The position numbers and the translations under genes were made by a program. The notes under the pieces were generated by a model, which worked only from the letters and a program-made list of their open reading frames with translations, searched no databases and was not told the origin of the DNA. Of a stretch of 45,276 bases of DNA, positions 27,294 through 38,043 are shown one piece after another. Every line of letters begins with the position of its first letter. The stretch's first letter is position 1. The stretch is from Bacilli bacterium (GTDB lineage Bacteria > Bacillota_I > Bacilli_A > RF39 > UBA660): NCBI GenBank assembly GCA_028684735.1, contig JAQUFI010000001.1, positions 1 to 45,276 on the forward strand, given 5' to 3'.

Positions 27294-29249
27294 ATGTTTA
27301 AATTAGTATCAAAATATAAACCTAGTGGTGATCAACCTGAGGCTATTGAAAAATTAACTAAAGGTATTTTTGATGGAACCAAATATCAAGTTCTTTTAGG
27401 TGCAACTGGAACTGGTAAAACTTTTACGATTGCTAATGTAATTGAAAAAATTCAAAAACCAACCCTTGTTTTGGCTCATAATAAAACTCTTGCTGGTCAA
27501 CTATATAGTGAGTTAAAGGAATTATTTCCAGAAAATAAAGTAGAATATTTTGTATCTTATTATGATTATTATCAACCTGAAGCTTATGTAGCTAAAACAG
27601 ATACATATATTGAAAAAGATGCCTCTATTAATGATGAAATAGATGAACTTCGTCATGCTGCAACCTCAGCTTTATTAAATAATCGAGATGTTATTGTCGT
27701 AGCTTCAGTATCATGTATTTATGGTATTGGTGATATCGATGAATACCGAAAAAAAATGTTAGTAATTAATGAAAATGACCAATATGAACCAAAAGATATT
27801 ATGGAAAAACTAATTGAGATGTTTTATGAGCGTAATCTCTTAGATTTAAAAAGAGGTAGTTTTCGTAGTAGGGGTGATGTCCTAGAAATTATCCCAGCTA
27901 ATCAACATGGAAAAGGAATAAGAATAGAATTTTTTGGAGATGTTGTTGAAAAGATAAGTGAATTTGATACTTTGACAGGAGTAATAATAAATAATAAAAA
28001 AAGTGTAACTCTTTTTCCGGCTAGTCATTTTGTGACTAGTGAAGAAAAAATTAAATTAGCAATTGCTAATATAAGAACAGAATTAGAAGAACAATTACAG
28101 TATTTTAAAAGTCAAAATAAATTATTAGAATACCAAAGATTAAATGAAAGAACTAATTATGATATAGAAATGTTAGCAGAAACTGGATCATGCCGAGGAG
28201 TAGAAAATTATTCTCGTCATTTAGCATTAAAAAAACCTGGTGAAACTCCAACAACTTTGATGGACTTTTTTGGTGACGATTTTCTTTTGGTAGTTGATGA
28301 ATCTCATGTTACTATTCCTCAGGTTAGAGGAATGTATAATGGTGATCAAGCTCGTAAATCAGTCTTAGTAGAGTATGGTTTTAGATTGCCTAGCGCTAAG
28401 GATAATCGACCATTAAAATTTGAAGAATTTGAATCGAAAATTAATCAAGTTATCTTTGTTTCAGCAATTCCAGGTAATTATGAATTAGAGAAAACAAATA
28501 ATGAAATTGTTGAGCAAATTATTAGGCCAACAGGGTTGTTAGATCCAATTATTGAAGTTAGAGATACAACTAATCAAATTGATAATTTAATTGAAGAAAT
28601 TAATAAACAAATTACTAAAAGTCAAAGAACTTTAATAACTACTTTAACGATTAGAATGTCAGAAGAATTAACGACTTATCTTAAAAACATAAATATTAAA
28701 GTCGCATATCTTCATAGTGAAGTAAAAACCTTAGAACGATTAAAAATTATTAGAGATTTAAGATTAGGTAAATATGATGTCTTAGTTGGAATAAATTTAC
28801 TAAGAGAAGGTTTAGATATCCCTGAAGTTAGTTTAATTGTGATTATGGATGCTAATAAACAAGGTTTTTTAAGAAGTGATAAAAGTTTAATTCAAACGAT
28901 AGGAAGAGCAGCTCGAAATGAAGAAGGTCGTGTTATTATGTATGCTGATACAATTAGTGATTCCATGAAAGTAGCGATTAATGAAACCAATCGTCGTCGA
29001 AATATTCAAGAGCAATTTAATCAAGAACATAATATTATACCCAAAACAATTATTAAAGAAATTAGAGATGTTATTAGTAACAATAAAGAAGAAGTAGAAG
29101 AAAAAGAAATAAAGATGTCAAAACAAGATAAACATAAACTTATGATTAAAATTGAAAAGGCGATGAGAGAAGCTGCTAAGGAATTAGATTTTGAAAGAGC
29201 AACAGAATTAAGAGATATTTTATTTGAATTGAAAAGTGGAGATAATTAA
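27294..29249 (+). CDS. uvrB: Excinuclease ABC subunit B
   Basis: [14 protein letters not shown], Walker [13 protein letters not shown] box, C-terminal UVR domain ([18 protein letters not shown]). ATG at 27294, 8 nt after GGAGG; a TTG at 27291 is also possible. An extended -10 TGGTATAAT lies at 27261-27269. Confidence 0.95.
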   Translation: MFKLVSKYKPSGDQPEAIEKLTKGIFDGTKYQVLLGATGTGKTFTIANVIEKIQKPTLVLAHNKTLAGQLYSELKELFPENKVEYFVSYYDYYQPEAYVAKTDTYIEKDASINDEIDELRHAATSALLNNRDVIVVASVSCIYGIGDIDEYRKKMLVINENDQYEPKDIMEKLIEMFYERNLLDLKRGSFRSRGDVLEIIPANQHGKGIRIEFFGDVVEKISEFDTLTGVIINNKKSVTLFPASHFVTSEEKIKLAIANIRTELEEQLQYFKSQNKLLEYQRLNERTNYDIEMLAETGSCRGVENYSRHLALKKPGETPTTLMDFFGDDFLLVVDESHVTIPQVRGMYNGDQARKSVLVEYGFRLPSAKDNRPLKFEEFESKINQVIFVSAIPGNYELEKTNNEIVEQIIRPTGLLDPIIEVRDTTNQIDNLIEEINKQITKSQRTLITTLTIRMSEELTTYLKNINIKVAYLHSEVKTLERLKIIRDLRLGKYDVLVGINLLREGLDIPEVSLIVIMDANKQGFLRSDKSLIQTIGRAARNEEGRVIMYADTISDSMKVAINETNRRRNIQEQFNQEHNIIPKTIIKEIRDVISNNKEEVEEKEIKMSKQDKHKLMIKIEKAMREAAKELDFERATELRDILFELKSGDN

Positions 29250-29345
29250 AATTTTACATATAATGTACTATCTACACTAAACAGTTGTATTTTTAATGTT
29301 AAAAGATATGAAAATATGTTATAATATTGCAAGGAGATGATGAAA

Positions 29346-29780
29346 ATGAAAGTAATCATAATCGATGAAAAGAGTAGTATTAATAAAGTAAGATTAAATC
29401 GTTTTATTGATTGGTTAATAAATATGGTTGGTTATGCTTTAGTTTTAATTACAGTATCAGTGTTGTTTCCTAAAACTATTCAAATAGATAATTCATATTT
29501 TGGTTTGTGGGGATTACTGGCTGCTGTTGTTATTTATATTTTAAATAAAACAGTTAAACCGATTCTTGTTTTTTTCACTTTACCAATAACAGGATTAACT
29601 TTAGGACTATTTTATCCTTTTATAAATGTAATTATCTTAAATATTGTTGATTTTATTTTAGGTGATTATTTTACTATTAATGGAATTTTTATGTCGTTTA
29701 TTGTGGCTGTCTTTATTTCAATTATGAATATATTAATGGATAAATTAGTCATTCAACCTATTTTAAGAAGGGGACGATAA
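29346..29780 (+). CDS. DUF360 / phage-holin-4-like (YvlD family) membrane protein
   Basis: Four predicted TM segments; PILVFFTLPITGLTLGLF motif. Start ambiguous: ATGs at 29337, 29340 and 29346. 29346 has the best spacing from AAGGAG. Confidence 0.7.
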   Translation: MKVIIIDEKSSINKVRLNRFIDWLINMVGYALVLITVSVLFPKTIQIDNSYFGLWGLLAAVVIYILNKTVKPILVFFTLPITGLTLGLFYPFINVIILNIVDFILGDYFTINGIFMSFIVAVFISIMNILMDKLVIQPILRRGR

Positions 29781-29781
29781 A

Positions 29782-30594
29782 ATGCACGGAGTTATATTAG
29801 ATTTAGGAATTATTCAAATATATTGGTACTCTTTAATTTTATTTATGGCTTTTTTAATTGGAGGGTCAATTACTCTTTATGAAGCCAAAAGATTCAATGT
29901 TCCTGAAAATTTTATGATCAATTTGTTTTTCTTTTTAATTCCTATTAGTATCATTGGTGCTAGATTATATTATGTAGTTTTTAATTGGAGTTACTATAGT
30001 GAAAATTTAATTGATATTCTAAAAATATGGGAAGGTGGTCTAGCTATTCATGGTGGATTAATTTTCGGATTACTTTGGATAATCTTTTATTCAAAACGCT
30101 ATAAAGTTAGAACCCTTAGAATATTAGATTTTATTTCTATCGGTTTGATTTTAGGTCAATCAATTGGAAGATGGGGTAATTTCTTTAATAAAGAGGCTCA
30201 TGGTCCAGAAATAGCTTTAGAAACCTTACAAAAAATTTTTCCTGATTTTATTGTTGAAGGAATGAATATTGGTGGAATTTATTATCACCCTACTTTCTTA
30301 TATGAATCCATCTGGTGTTTCTTAGGATTTATCTTTTTAATTATTATGAGAAAATATAAATACCTTAAGATTGGTCATCTGAGTAGTTTATATTTAATTT
30401 GGTATGGGATTGGAAGATTTGTGATTGAATGGCTTAGAACAGATAGTCTAATGATTGGAGATTTTAAAATAGCTGTTTTTGTATCATTCTTTATGGTTAT
30501 TGCTGGTTTTGTAATGATGGTTTTACTTAATAGAGGATCACGTTTTCAAAATCAATACAATGAAATGGGAGATATAAATGAAATTAAATTTTGA
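29782..30594 (+). CDS. lgt: Prolipoprotein diacylglyceryl transferase
   Basis: WYSLILFMAF..., HGGLIFG, GRWGNFFNKEAHG signature. Confidence 0.93.
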   Translation: MHGVILDLGIIQIYWYSLILFMAFLIGGSITLYEAKRFNVPENFMINLFFFLIPISIIGARLYYVVFNWSYYSENLIDILKIWEGGLAIHGGLIFGLLWIIFYSKRYKVRTLRILDFISIGLILGQSIGRWGNFFNKEAHGPEIALETLQKIFPDFIVEGMNIGGIYYHPTFLYESIWCFLGFIFLIIMRKYKYLKIGHLSSLYLIWYGIGRFVIEWLRTDSLMIGDFKIAVFVSFFMVIAGFVMMVLLNRGSRFQNQYNEMGDINEIKF

Positions 30595-31477
30595 TTGTGT
30601 CATTATTGGAGCTGGTATTGCTGGGATAACAGCAGCTATTTATTTAAAAAGATCGAATGTTAATGTTTTATTACTTGATAAAGGAGCGCCAGGAGGTCAA
30701 TTAAATGGTATTAGTAAAATAGATAATTATCCAGGTTTCTCATCGATTAGTGGACCTGATTTAGCGAGTAGTCTTTTTGAACAAATGAATAATTTAAATA
30801 TTGAATACCGTTATGGAAATGTTATCGATGTTGAAAATAATGAAGATTATAAAGTTGTAACGACTGAAATAGAAAGAATTTATACTCAAGCAGTTATTAT
30901 AGCAACTGGTCGTCAACCCAAAAAATTGGGTATTAAAAAAGAAGATGAATTAGTAAGTCGTGGGATTAGTTATTGTGCTCTTTGTGATGGAATGTTTTTT
31001 AAAGATAAAATAGTAGCAACGATTGGTAGTGAACATGGTGCCTTAACAGAAGCTCTATATCTAGCAGATATCTGTAAAGAAGTAATTATGATTAATCCTA
31101 AGGATGTTTTTGCAGGAGAAGAAGACCTAATCAATAAAATTAATAATAAACCAAATATTCGTATTATTTATAATAGTCAGGTCACACAATTTAATAGTAA
31201 AAACGATGTTTTAGATTCAATTGTTATTAACGATAAAGATAAAATAGAGGTCTCAGGGGTTTTTATTTACACAGGACTCGAACCAACTAATGATTTTTTA
31301 AAAAAGTTACCTATTAAACTTGAAAAGCAATATATTGTTGTAGATGATAAGATGAAAACAAGTATTGATAATATCTATGCTTGTGGTGATATTGTCAAGA
31401 AAAGTGTCTACCAATTAACGACCGCTGTGAGTGATGGAGCCATTGCTGCTGTTAATGTAAAGAAAAATTTAAAATAA
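30578..31477 (+). CDS. Thioredoxin-reductase-like flavoprotein lacking NADPH-binding motifs (FFTR-like?)
   Basis: FAD motif IIGAGIAGITAA, redox CALCDG, C-terminal ACGD. Where TrxB has GGGxxA and HRRxxxR, this protein reads IGSEHGA and INPKDVFAG. Confidence 0.75.
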   Translation: MKLNFDCVIIGAGIAGITAAIYLKRSNVNVLLLDKGAPGGQLNGISKIDNYPGFSSISGPDLASSLFEQMNNLNIEYRYGNVIDVENNEDYKVVTTEIERIYTQAVIIATGRQPKKLGIKKEDELVSRGISYCALCDGMFFKDKIVATIGSEHGALTEALYLADICKEVIMINPKDVFAGEEDLINKINNKPNIRIIYNSQVTQFNSKNDVLDSIVINDKDKIEVSGVFIYTGLEPTNDFLKKLPIKLEKQYIVVDDKMKTSIDNIYACGDIVKKSVYQLTTAVSDGAIAAVNVKKNLK

Positions 31478-31493
31478 TGTCAACTTAATTTTT

Positions 31494-31520
31494 AATACTC
31501 AATTTAATGAGTATTTTTTT
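31494..31520 (+). terminator. Rho-independent terminator after trxB-like gene
   Basis: AATACTCA-ATTTAA-TGAGTATT followed by TTTTT. Confidence 0.65.
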
Positions 31521-31571
31521 ATTTCGGTATAAAAATTAAATAATATATAGTATAATTAAAGGGGTGATAGG

Positions 31572-32522
31572 ATGCAAAAAAAAGTTGTTGTTCTTGGTGG
31601 AGGAACCGGATTATCTTTTTTACTTCGTGGTTTAAAAGAATATCCGCTAAATATTTCAGCGATTGTAGCTGTAAGCGATGATGGTCAAAGTTCAGGGAGA
31701 TTAAGGGAAGAATTTAATACACCAGCCGTTGGTGATGTTAGAAGAGTGCTGATTTCATTGGCGGAAACGGAACCATTATTTGAGGAATTATTTAATTACC
31801 GATTTAAAACAACTAGTGATTTAAACGGTCATACTGTTGGTAACTTATTATTAACAGCTATGAAAAATATAACAGGTAATATGTCTGATGGTATTGAATC
31901 ATTAGGAAAAGTATTAAATTTAAAAGGAAAAGTACTACCTTTAACTGAAGATAATGTTGTCTTAATGGGTAAAATGGAAGATGGTAGCATAATTGAAGGA
32001 GAACATAATATTACATCATCTAATAAGGGGATTAAAGAAGTCTATTATAAAGAAAAACCAATTGTTAACCCAGAAGCAATTAATGCTGTTAGAGAAGCAG
32101 ATTTAATTATTCTAAGTATGGGAAGTGTTTTCACAAGCATTATTCCAACTTTATTATGTAAAGAATTAATTAAAGAAATAGATAATAGTAAGGCTCCTAT
32201 TTTATATACCTGTAATATGATGACTCAACCAGGAGAGACAGATAATTGTAATGCTAGCCATCATATTAAAATATTAAATAAATATTTAGGAAAACGAAAA
32301 ATCGATATAATAATTGCTAATAATGGTGAAATTAATCAAGAATTAATTAGTAAATATGAAACATTAGAACAAAAAGACCAAGTTTTATATGATGAAGAAA
32401 ATCTGAAGAAGATGAATATCCAAACAATTGCTGATAATTTTGTTTTGATTGAAGATGATATGATTAGACATGATCGCATAAAACTATCATTTTATATCTA
32501 TTCAGTTTTAATAAGAGGTTAA
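31572..32522 (+). CDS. yvcK: Gluconeogenesis factor YvcK (CofD-like)
   Basis: VVLGGGTGLS N-terminus, 316 aa, followed by whiA as in Bacillus. Confidence 0.9.
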   Translation: MQKKVVVLGGGTGLSFLLRGLKEYPLNISAIVAVSDDGQSSGRLREEFNTPAVGDVRRVLISLAETEPLFEELFNYRFKTTSDLNGHTVGNLLLTAMKNITGNMSDGIESLGKVLNLKGKVLPLTEDNVVLMGKMEDGSIIEGEHNITSSNKGIKEVYYKEKPIVNPEAINAVREADLIILSMGSVFTSIIPTLLCKELIKEIDNSKAPILYTCNMMTQPGETDNCNASHHIKILNKYLGKRKIDIIIANNGEINQELISKYETLEQKDQVLYDEENLKKMNIQTIADNFVLIEDDMIRHDRIKLSFYIYSVLIRG

Positions 32523-32523
32523 A

Positions 32524-33453
32524 ATGTCATTTACAAGTATTGTTAAAAGTGAAGTTAGTAAAGTAGAGTTATTTGGAAGTGAAAACATATCCGAATTATC
32601 AGCTATTATTCGTAATAGTAATTATCAAGAAAATAGTATTAAAATAACAACTGAAAATGCAAGTGTAGCTCGACATATTTACTCATTGATTAAAGATGTT
32701 TATGATATAAGTCCTATTATAACGGCACGAAAAGGGTATAATTATCAAAAAAAGTTTATTTATATTGTTGAAATCAAACAAAAGAAAGCAATCATTTTAA
32801 GTGATCTATGTATCGATAATGGTGATTTAAATAATGTTCCTAAAGATTATTTAGTAGCTGATGAAGAATTGAAAAGGGCTTATATCAAAGGTGTCTTTCT
32901 AATTACTGGAAGTGTTAATGATCCTAAAAAATCACGATATCATTTAGAATTTATTGTTGATAATGAGAAATATGCTAATTTTATTTCTGACTTATTAAAT
33001 ACTTTTGATTTAAATAGTAAAGTTTTGAAAAGAGAAAGTAAATTTATGGTTTATATAAAAGAAGCTGAAAAAATAGGGGATTTTTTAAGATTGATTAAAG
33101 CTAGTAATGCGGTCTTATATTATGAGGATATTAGAATTTATCGTGATCATAAAAATATGACTAATCGTCTAAATAATTGTGAACAGGCTAATATCGATAA
33201 AATGATTGAAGCAGCTACGAAACAAGTCAATGATATTCAAACCATTATAGATGTAGTTGGAATTGATTTACTTGATGAAAAAGAGCAAGTTGTAGCTACT
33301 TATCGGTTAAAATATCCAGAGGCTTCACTACAAGAACTTAGTGAGATTATTACAATTGAAACAGGAAAAGCAATTACTAAATCAGGAATTAATCATCGAA
33401 TAAGAAAAATTGAGAAAATTGCTAATCGTATAAGAACAAATGAGAAAAAATAA
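32524..33453 (+). CDS. whiA: Sporulation/cell-division regulator WhiA
   Basis: MSFTSIVKSEV..., LAGLIDADG-like degenerate core, C-terminal HTH (KSGINHRIRKI). Confidence 0.9.
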   Translation: MSFTSIVKSEVSKVELFGSENISELSAIIRNSNYQENSIKITTENASVARHIYSLIKDVYDISPIITARKGYNYQKKFIYIVEIKQKKAIILSDLCIDNGDLNNVPKDYLVADEELKRAYIKGVFLITGSVNDPKKSRYHLEFIVDNEKYANFISDLLNTFDLNSKVLKRESKFMVYIKEAEKIGDFLRLIKASNAVLYYEDIRIYRDHKNMTNRLNNCEQANIDKMIEAATKQVNDIQTIIDVVGIDLLDEKEQVVATYRLKYPEASLQELSEIITIETGKAITKSGINHRIRKIEKIANRIRTNEKK

Positions 33454-33475
33454 TATTTTCTCATTTTCTTTTTTA
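33439..33475 (+). terminator. Rho-independent terminator of whiA
   Basis: AATGAGAAAA-N7-TTTTCTCATT, a 10-bp stem followed by a T-rich tract. Confidence 0.65.
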
Positions 33476-33541
33476 TAATATAGGACATATCCCCCTTTTT
33501 ATAGTATAATAATGTTGTAATTATTTATATAGAGGTGATTT

Positions 33542-33985
33542 ATGAAAGTTATATTTATTAAAGATCTTCGTGGACAAGGTCAAAAAGGGGATATAAAAGA
33601 AGTAAAAGACGGTTATGGTATGAATTTTTTGATAAAAAAAGGTTATGCTGTAATTGCTAATGAGAGCAACCTAAAAATGCTTCAAAGTAATCAACAAAAA
33701 AAAACCTTAGAAGAAGAAACTAATATTAAAGAATGTGAAAGAATTAAAAAAGTATTAGATTCATTAACTTTAAAATTTAAAGTTAAAACAGGGGAACAAG
33801 ATCGTGTCTTTGGGAGTGTTAGTATTAAACAAATAATTAATGAATTAAAAACTCACAATCTTGATATCGATAAGAAAATGGTTAATCTAAAAGAACCATT
33901 AACGAGTTTAGGTTTTCATAATGTTGAAATTGAATTACATAAAAAAGTAAAAACAATTTTAAAAATAGAATTAATAAAAGAGTAG
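33542..33985 (+). CDS. rplI: 50S ribosomal protein L9
   Basis: MKVIFIKDLRGQGQKGDIKEVKDGY..., 147 aa. Confidence 0.95.
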   Translation: MKVIFIKDLRGQGQKGDIKEVKDGYGMNFLIKKGYAVIANESNLKMLQSNQQKKTLEEETNIKECERIKKVLDSLTLKFKVKTGEQDRVFGSVSIKQIINELKTHNLDIDKKMVNLKEPLTSLGFHNVEIELHKKVKTILKIELIKE

Positions 33986-33993
33986 GTGAAATT

Positions 33994-35334
33994 ATGGCAG
34001 AAAGAGTAATGCCTCATAGTATAGAAGCAGAACAATCAGTTTTAGGATCATTATTTTTATCAAAGTATGCGCTTCAAAAAGGGATAGAGTCTTTATCAAG
34101 TAATTTATTTTATTTAGATTCTCATGCTAAGATATTTACTGTTATTAGTGATTTGGCAGAAAAGGGAACACCTGTTGATATTACAACAGTAACAGCTGAA
34201 TTAGATAAGAGAAAATGGTTACAGCAAGTAGGTGGAGTTGAATATTTAACTGAGTTAGTTAATATGCTACCTAGTGCATCTAATGCTGATGAATATATTC
34301 GTCTTGTCAATGAAAAGGCTGTTTTAAGAAGATTAATCGAGGAAGCTACTCAAATTGTTACTTCTGGGTATAATTCAACTGATTCAATTAATGAAGTATT
34401 AGATAGTGCTGAAATGAAAATTTTGAATGTTGTTAGGACAAGAAAAGGGACTGAGTTTAAAACAATTCAAGAAGTATTATTTAAAGCCCAATCTGATTTA
34501 GAAAAACTAGCTAAGAATAAAGGTGAAATTACTGGTATTCCTAGCGGTTTTTATGATTTAGATAGTCTGACATCTGGATTTCATCCTAATGAATTAATCA
34601 TTATTGCAGCTCGTCCTGGGGTTGGTAAAACAGCTTTAGCTTTAAATATTGCTACGAATGTTGCAATGAATACGGATAAAACAGTGGCTGTTTTTAATAT
34701 GGAGATGTCTGCTGAACAATTAGTTATTAGAATGCTAGCTCAAGTTGGACAAATAGATGGTAATAAATTAAAAAATGGATGGTTAGAACACAACGATTGG
34801 AAAAGAGTTAATGAAGCAATCAGTCGTTTAGCTGATACTAAAATGTATATCGATGATACCCCTGGTATGACCATTAGTGAAATTAGAGCTAAGTGTCGTC
34901 GTTTAGCATCTTCAGAAGATGGCTTGGGATTAGTTATCATTGACTATTTAACACTTATTCAAGGAACCAGTCGTTATGCGGGTAATAGACAACAAGAAGT
35001 AGCAGAAATATCTCGTGGTTTAAAAACAATGGCGATGGAATTAGGAGTTCCTGTTATTTCGTTAGCTCAACTTTCAAGAAATGTTGAAGGTCGAGAAAGT
35101 AAACGACCATTGTTAAGTGATTTAAGAGAATCAGGGGCAATTGAACAAGATGCAGATATTGTTTCTTTCTTACACAGGCCTGATTATTATGGTGAAAACA
35201 CCGATGAACCAACTAGTGAAGTAGAATTGATTATTGCTAAACATCGTAATGGTCCAACTAAAGATATAAAATTATTTTTCCAAAAAAATACCAATACTTT
35301 TATTAATGTCATTAATAAAGAAGAAGATAGGTGA
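33994..35334 (+). CDS. dnaB: Replicative DNA helicase (DnaB family; DnaC in B. subtilis nomenclature)
   Basis: PHSIEAEQSVLGS, Walker A ARPGVGKTA, IIDYLTLI, LSQLSR, RESGAIEQDAD. Confidence 0.95.
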   Translation: MAERVMPHSIEAEQSVLGSLFLSKYALQKGIESLSSNLFYLDSHAKIFTVISDLAEKGTPVDITTVTAELDKRKWLQQVGGVEYLTELVNMLPSASNADEYIRLVNEKAVLRRLIEEATQIVTSGYNSTDSINEVLDSAEMKILNVVRTRKGTEFKTIQEVLFKAQSDLEKLAKNKGEITGIPSGFYDLDSLTSGFHPNELIIIAARPGVGKTALALNIATNVAMNTDKTVAVFNMEMSAEQLVIRMLAQVGQIDGNKLKNGWLEHNDWKRVNEAISRLADTKMYIDDTPGMTISEIRAKCRRLASSEDGLGLVIIDYLTLIQGTSRYAGNRQQEVAEISRGLKTMAMELGVPVISLAQLSRNVEGRESKRPLLSDLRESGAIEQDADIVSFLHRPDYYGENTDEPTSEVELIIAKHRNGPTKDIKLFFQKNTNTFINVINKEEDR

Positions 35335-35338
35335 TTAG

Positions 35339-36793
35339 ATGAAAAAAATTTCAACTTGGATTATTATATTATTGCTTAGTGTAGCAATCTTTTGGTTGGG
35401 TTTTGATTATAAAACATCAATAAAACCTAAAACTTATTATCAAGTCTATCTTGACGATCAAGTATTAGGTGTTATTAAATCAAAAGAAAAACTATATGAT
35501 TATATTAACAACAAAGGTAATTATTATAAAAAAGAATTAGGTGTTGATACTGTTTATCCACCAAATGGATTAGAAGTTAAGAAAATAACAACTTATGATA
35601 AAAAGGTTGATAAGGTTAATGATGTTTATAACCGTATTGATAAATTAAAACCTTTTACTATTGAAGGTTATCAATTAACAATTAATAAAGAGGATGAAAA
35701 TGAAATAATATATATAACTGATCCTAAGATATTTGAAAATGCTGTTAAAAATACGATTACTGCTTTTATTGGAGAAAACAATTATAAGTTATATTTAAAT
35801 GAAGAACAGAAAAAGATTGAAACAGTGGGTAATATTATTGATAATGTCTATGTCGAAGAAGATTTAACGTTAAAAAAGACTAAAATTTCAGTTGAAGAAA
35901 CAATTTATATCGATGAGGATGAATTATCTCAATATCTATTATTTGGAACGAATGAGAAAAATCAAACTTATACTGTAAAATTAGGTGATACGATTGATCG
36001 AATTGCTTTTACTAATAAGATTAACGTAGAAGAGTTTTTTATTAGTAACCCTGAATTTAATAGTATTGATAATTTATTATTTCCTGGTCAAGAAGTATAT
36101 GTAGGAATCATCGATCCTGTTTTAAGTATTGTTGTTGAAGAAACAAAAGTAGAGGATGTTGAAAGAAAATATCGTACGGAATACCGTAAAGATGCTAGTA
36201 GGGTTATTGGTGAAGATGAAATTGTTCAAGAAGGGGTTAGTGGCCTAGATCGTGTTACCACTTTAGTTAAATCAGTTAATGGTAACGTTGTTATTGTTGA
36301 ACCTGATACTACTATAGAAATAAAACCATCAGTAACCGAAGTTGTTTTGGTTGGAACGAGATATCAACCAAGCGTTGGATCTTTATATTCATGGGGATGG
36401 CCAACACAAGGTGGTTGGATGATTACATCTTATTATCAATATCGAAGTAATCCATTTACCGGTAGGCGTGAATTACACGCAGCTATAGATATTGCAGGAC
36501 CAGGTTATGGTTCTAATATCTATGCAGCTAATAATGGTACTATTTATAAAGCTCAATGGCACAATAGTTTAGGTTATTATATTATCATTAATCATAATAA
36601 TGGGTATTATAGTTTATATTCCCACTTATCTAGTATTAGAAAAGGTAAAATAGGTTCGGTAGTTGGTCGTGGTGAAGTAATTGGTAGTATGGGTATGACA
36701 GGAGATGCAACGGGTCCTCACCTTCATTATGAAATATGGGTAGGAGTACCGTTTAATGGTGGATATCAAACCAATCCACTGAATTATTATTAA
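35339..36793 (+). CDS. Membrane-anchored M23 metallopeptidase with LysM and G5 domains
   Basis: N-terminal TM segment. LysM-like YTVKLGDTIDRIA. G5-like VEETKVEDVERKYRTEY...VLVGT. M23 motifs HAAIDIA and GPHLHYEIW. Confidence 0.85.
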   Translation: MKKISTWIIILLLSVAIFWLGFDYKTSIKPKTYYQVYLDDQVLGVIKSKEKLYDYINNKGNYYKKELGVDTVYPPNGLEVKKITTYDKKVDKVNDVYNRIDKLKPFTIEGYQLTINKEDENEIIYITDPKIFENAVKNTITAFIGENNYKLYLNEEQKKIETVGNIIDNVYVEEDLTLKKTKISVEETIYIDEDELSQYLLFGTNEKNQTYTVKLGDTIDRIAFTNKINVEEFFISNPEFNSIDNLLFPGQEVYVGIIDPVLSIVVEETKVEDVERKYRTEYRKDASRVIGEDEIVQEGVSGLDRVTTLVKSVNGNVVIVEPDTTIEIKPSVTEVVLVGTRYQPSVGSLYSWGWPTQGGWMITSYYQYRSNPFTGRRELHAAIDIAGPGYGSNIYAANNGTIYKAQWHNSLGYYIIINHNNGYYSLYSHLSSIRKGKIGSVVGRGEVIGSMGMTGDATGPHLHYEIWVGVPFNGGYQTNPLNYY

Positions 36794-37551
36794 TGAGAAT
36801 ATGTGTACTTGCTAGTGGTAGCCAAGGTAATTGTACTTATGTTGAAACAAAGAATAACAAAATCTTAATTGATTTAGGTACTAATTTAACCTATACTACT
36901 AGCCAATTAAATTCTATTGGAGTAGATCCTAAAGAAATAGATACTATTTTAATAACTCATACCCATGGAGACCATGTAAGTGGTCTTTCACCTTTTATTA
37001 AGAAATATAATCCTACTATTTACTTAAGTAAAAAGATGCATGAAGAGTTAACCATTAAATTAAAAAATTACTACTATTTAGAAGAAACCCTTTTTCTTGA
37101 TGATACAATTATTGATGTTATTAAATTATCTCATGACAAAAATGATATTAATGGTTATATTATTGAAAGTGAAGATAAGAACTTAGTATATATAACTGAT
37201 ACAGGTTATATTAATCAAAAATATCATTCTAAACTAAGTAATAAAAGTGTTTATATAATGGAAAGTAATCACGATATTGAAATGGTTATGAATTGTTTAC
37301 GACCACATCATATAAAGATGAGAATTATTAGTGATAAAGGACATTTATCAAATAATGATTCAGCTAGATACTTATCTAAATTTATTGGGGATAAGACAGA
37401 AATGATTGTATTAGCTCATTTAAGTAATGACAATAATACTCAAGAATTAGCACTTACTACCTTACAAACGGTATTAAAAGAAAAAGAAAAAAGTTTTGAT
37501 AATATTATGATAGCTAAACAAGATAACAGAATCGAGTTAATTGAATTATGA
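36793..37551 (+). CDS. MBL-fold metallo-hydrolase, YycJ/WalJ-like
   Basis: LASGSQGNC..., THTHGDH zinc motif, 252 aa. Precedes rlmH as in Bacillus. Confidence 0.85.
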   Translation: MRICVLASGSQGNCTYVETKNNKILIDLGTNLTYTTSQLNSIGVDPKEIDTILITHTHGDHVSGLSPFIKKYNPTIYLSKKMHEELTIKLKNYYYLEETLFLDDTIIDVIKLSHDKNDINGYIIESEDKNLVYITDTGYINQKYHSKLSNKSVYIMESNHDIEMVMNCLRPHHIKMRIISDKGHLSNNDSARYLSKFIGDKTEMIVLAHLSNDNNTQELALTTLQTVLKEKEKSFDNIMIAKQDNRIELIEL

Positions 37552-38003
37552 TTAAGATTATAGCAGTAGGCAAAATAAAAGAAAAGTATTTTAAAGAAGC
37601 CATCGATGAATACACTAAAAGGTTAAGTCGTTATACCAAACTAAAGATAATTGAAGTAGAGGATATTGATCTATCTAATCCAACCCTTTCTTTAGAAAAA
37701 GAAAGAGATAACCTTATTAAGTATATTGATAAAAATGATTATGTGATTGTTTTAGACATTAAGGGTGAATCATTAAATTCATTAGAATTATCGAAAAAGA
37801 TTGATAATACCTTAATCAATTATTCTAATATAACCTTTATTATTGGCGGTTCTTATGGATTACACGAAGACATTAAAAAAAGAAGTGATTATCAATTATC
37901 TTTTTCAAAGTTAACTTTTCCTCATCAAATGTTTAGAGTTTTACTCTTAGAACAGATTTACCGCTCTTTTAAAATTATTAAAAATGAAAGTTATCATAAA
38001 TAA
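37548..38003 (+). CDS. rlmH: 23S rRNA (pseudouridine1915-N3)-methyltransferase RlmH
   Basis: SPOUT family: MIKIIAVGKIKEKYF..., FIIGGSYGL, C-terminal YHK. Confidence 0.92.
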   Translation: MIKIIAVGKIKEKYFKEAIDEYTKRLSRYTKLKIIEVEDIDLSNPTLSLEKERDNLIKYIDKNDYVIVLDIKGESLNSLELSKKIDNTLINYSNITFIIGGSYGLHEDIKKRSDYQLSFSKLTFPHQMFRVLLLEQIYRSFKIIKNESYHK

Positions 38004-38043
38004 TGTATAAAAAAAATAAATATCACTCAATATTTAGTAGGAG

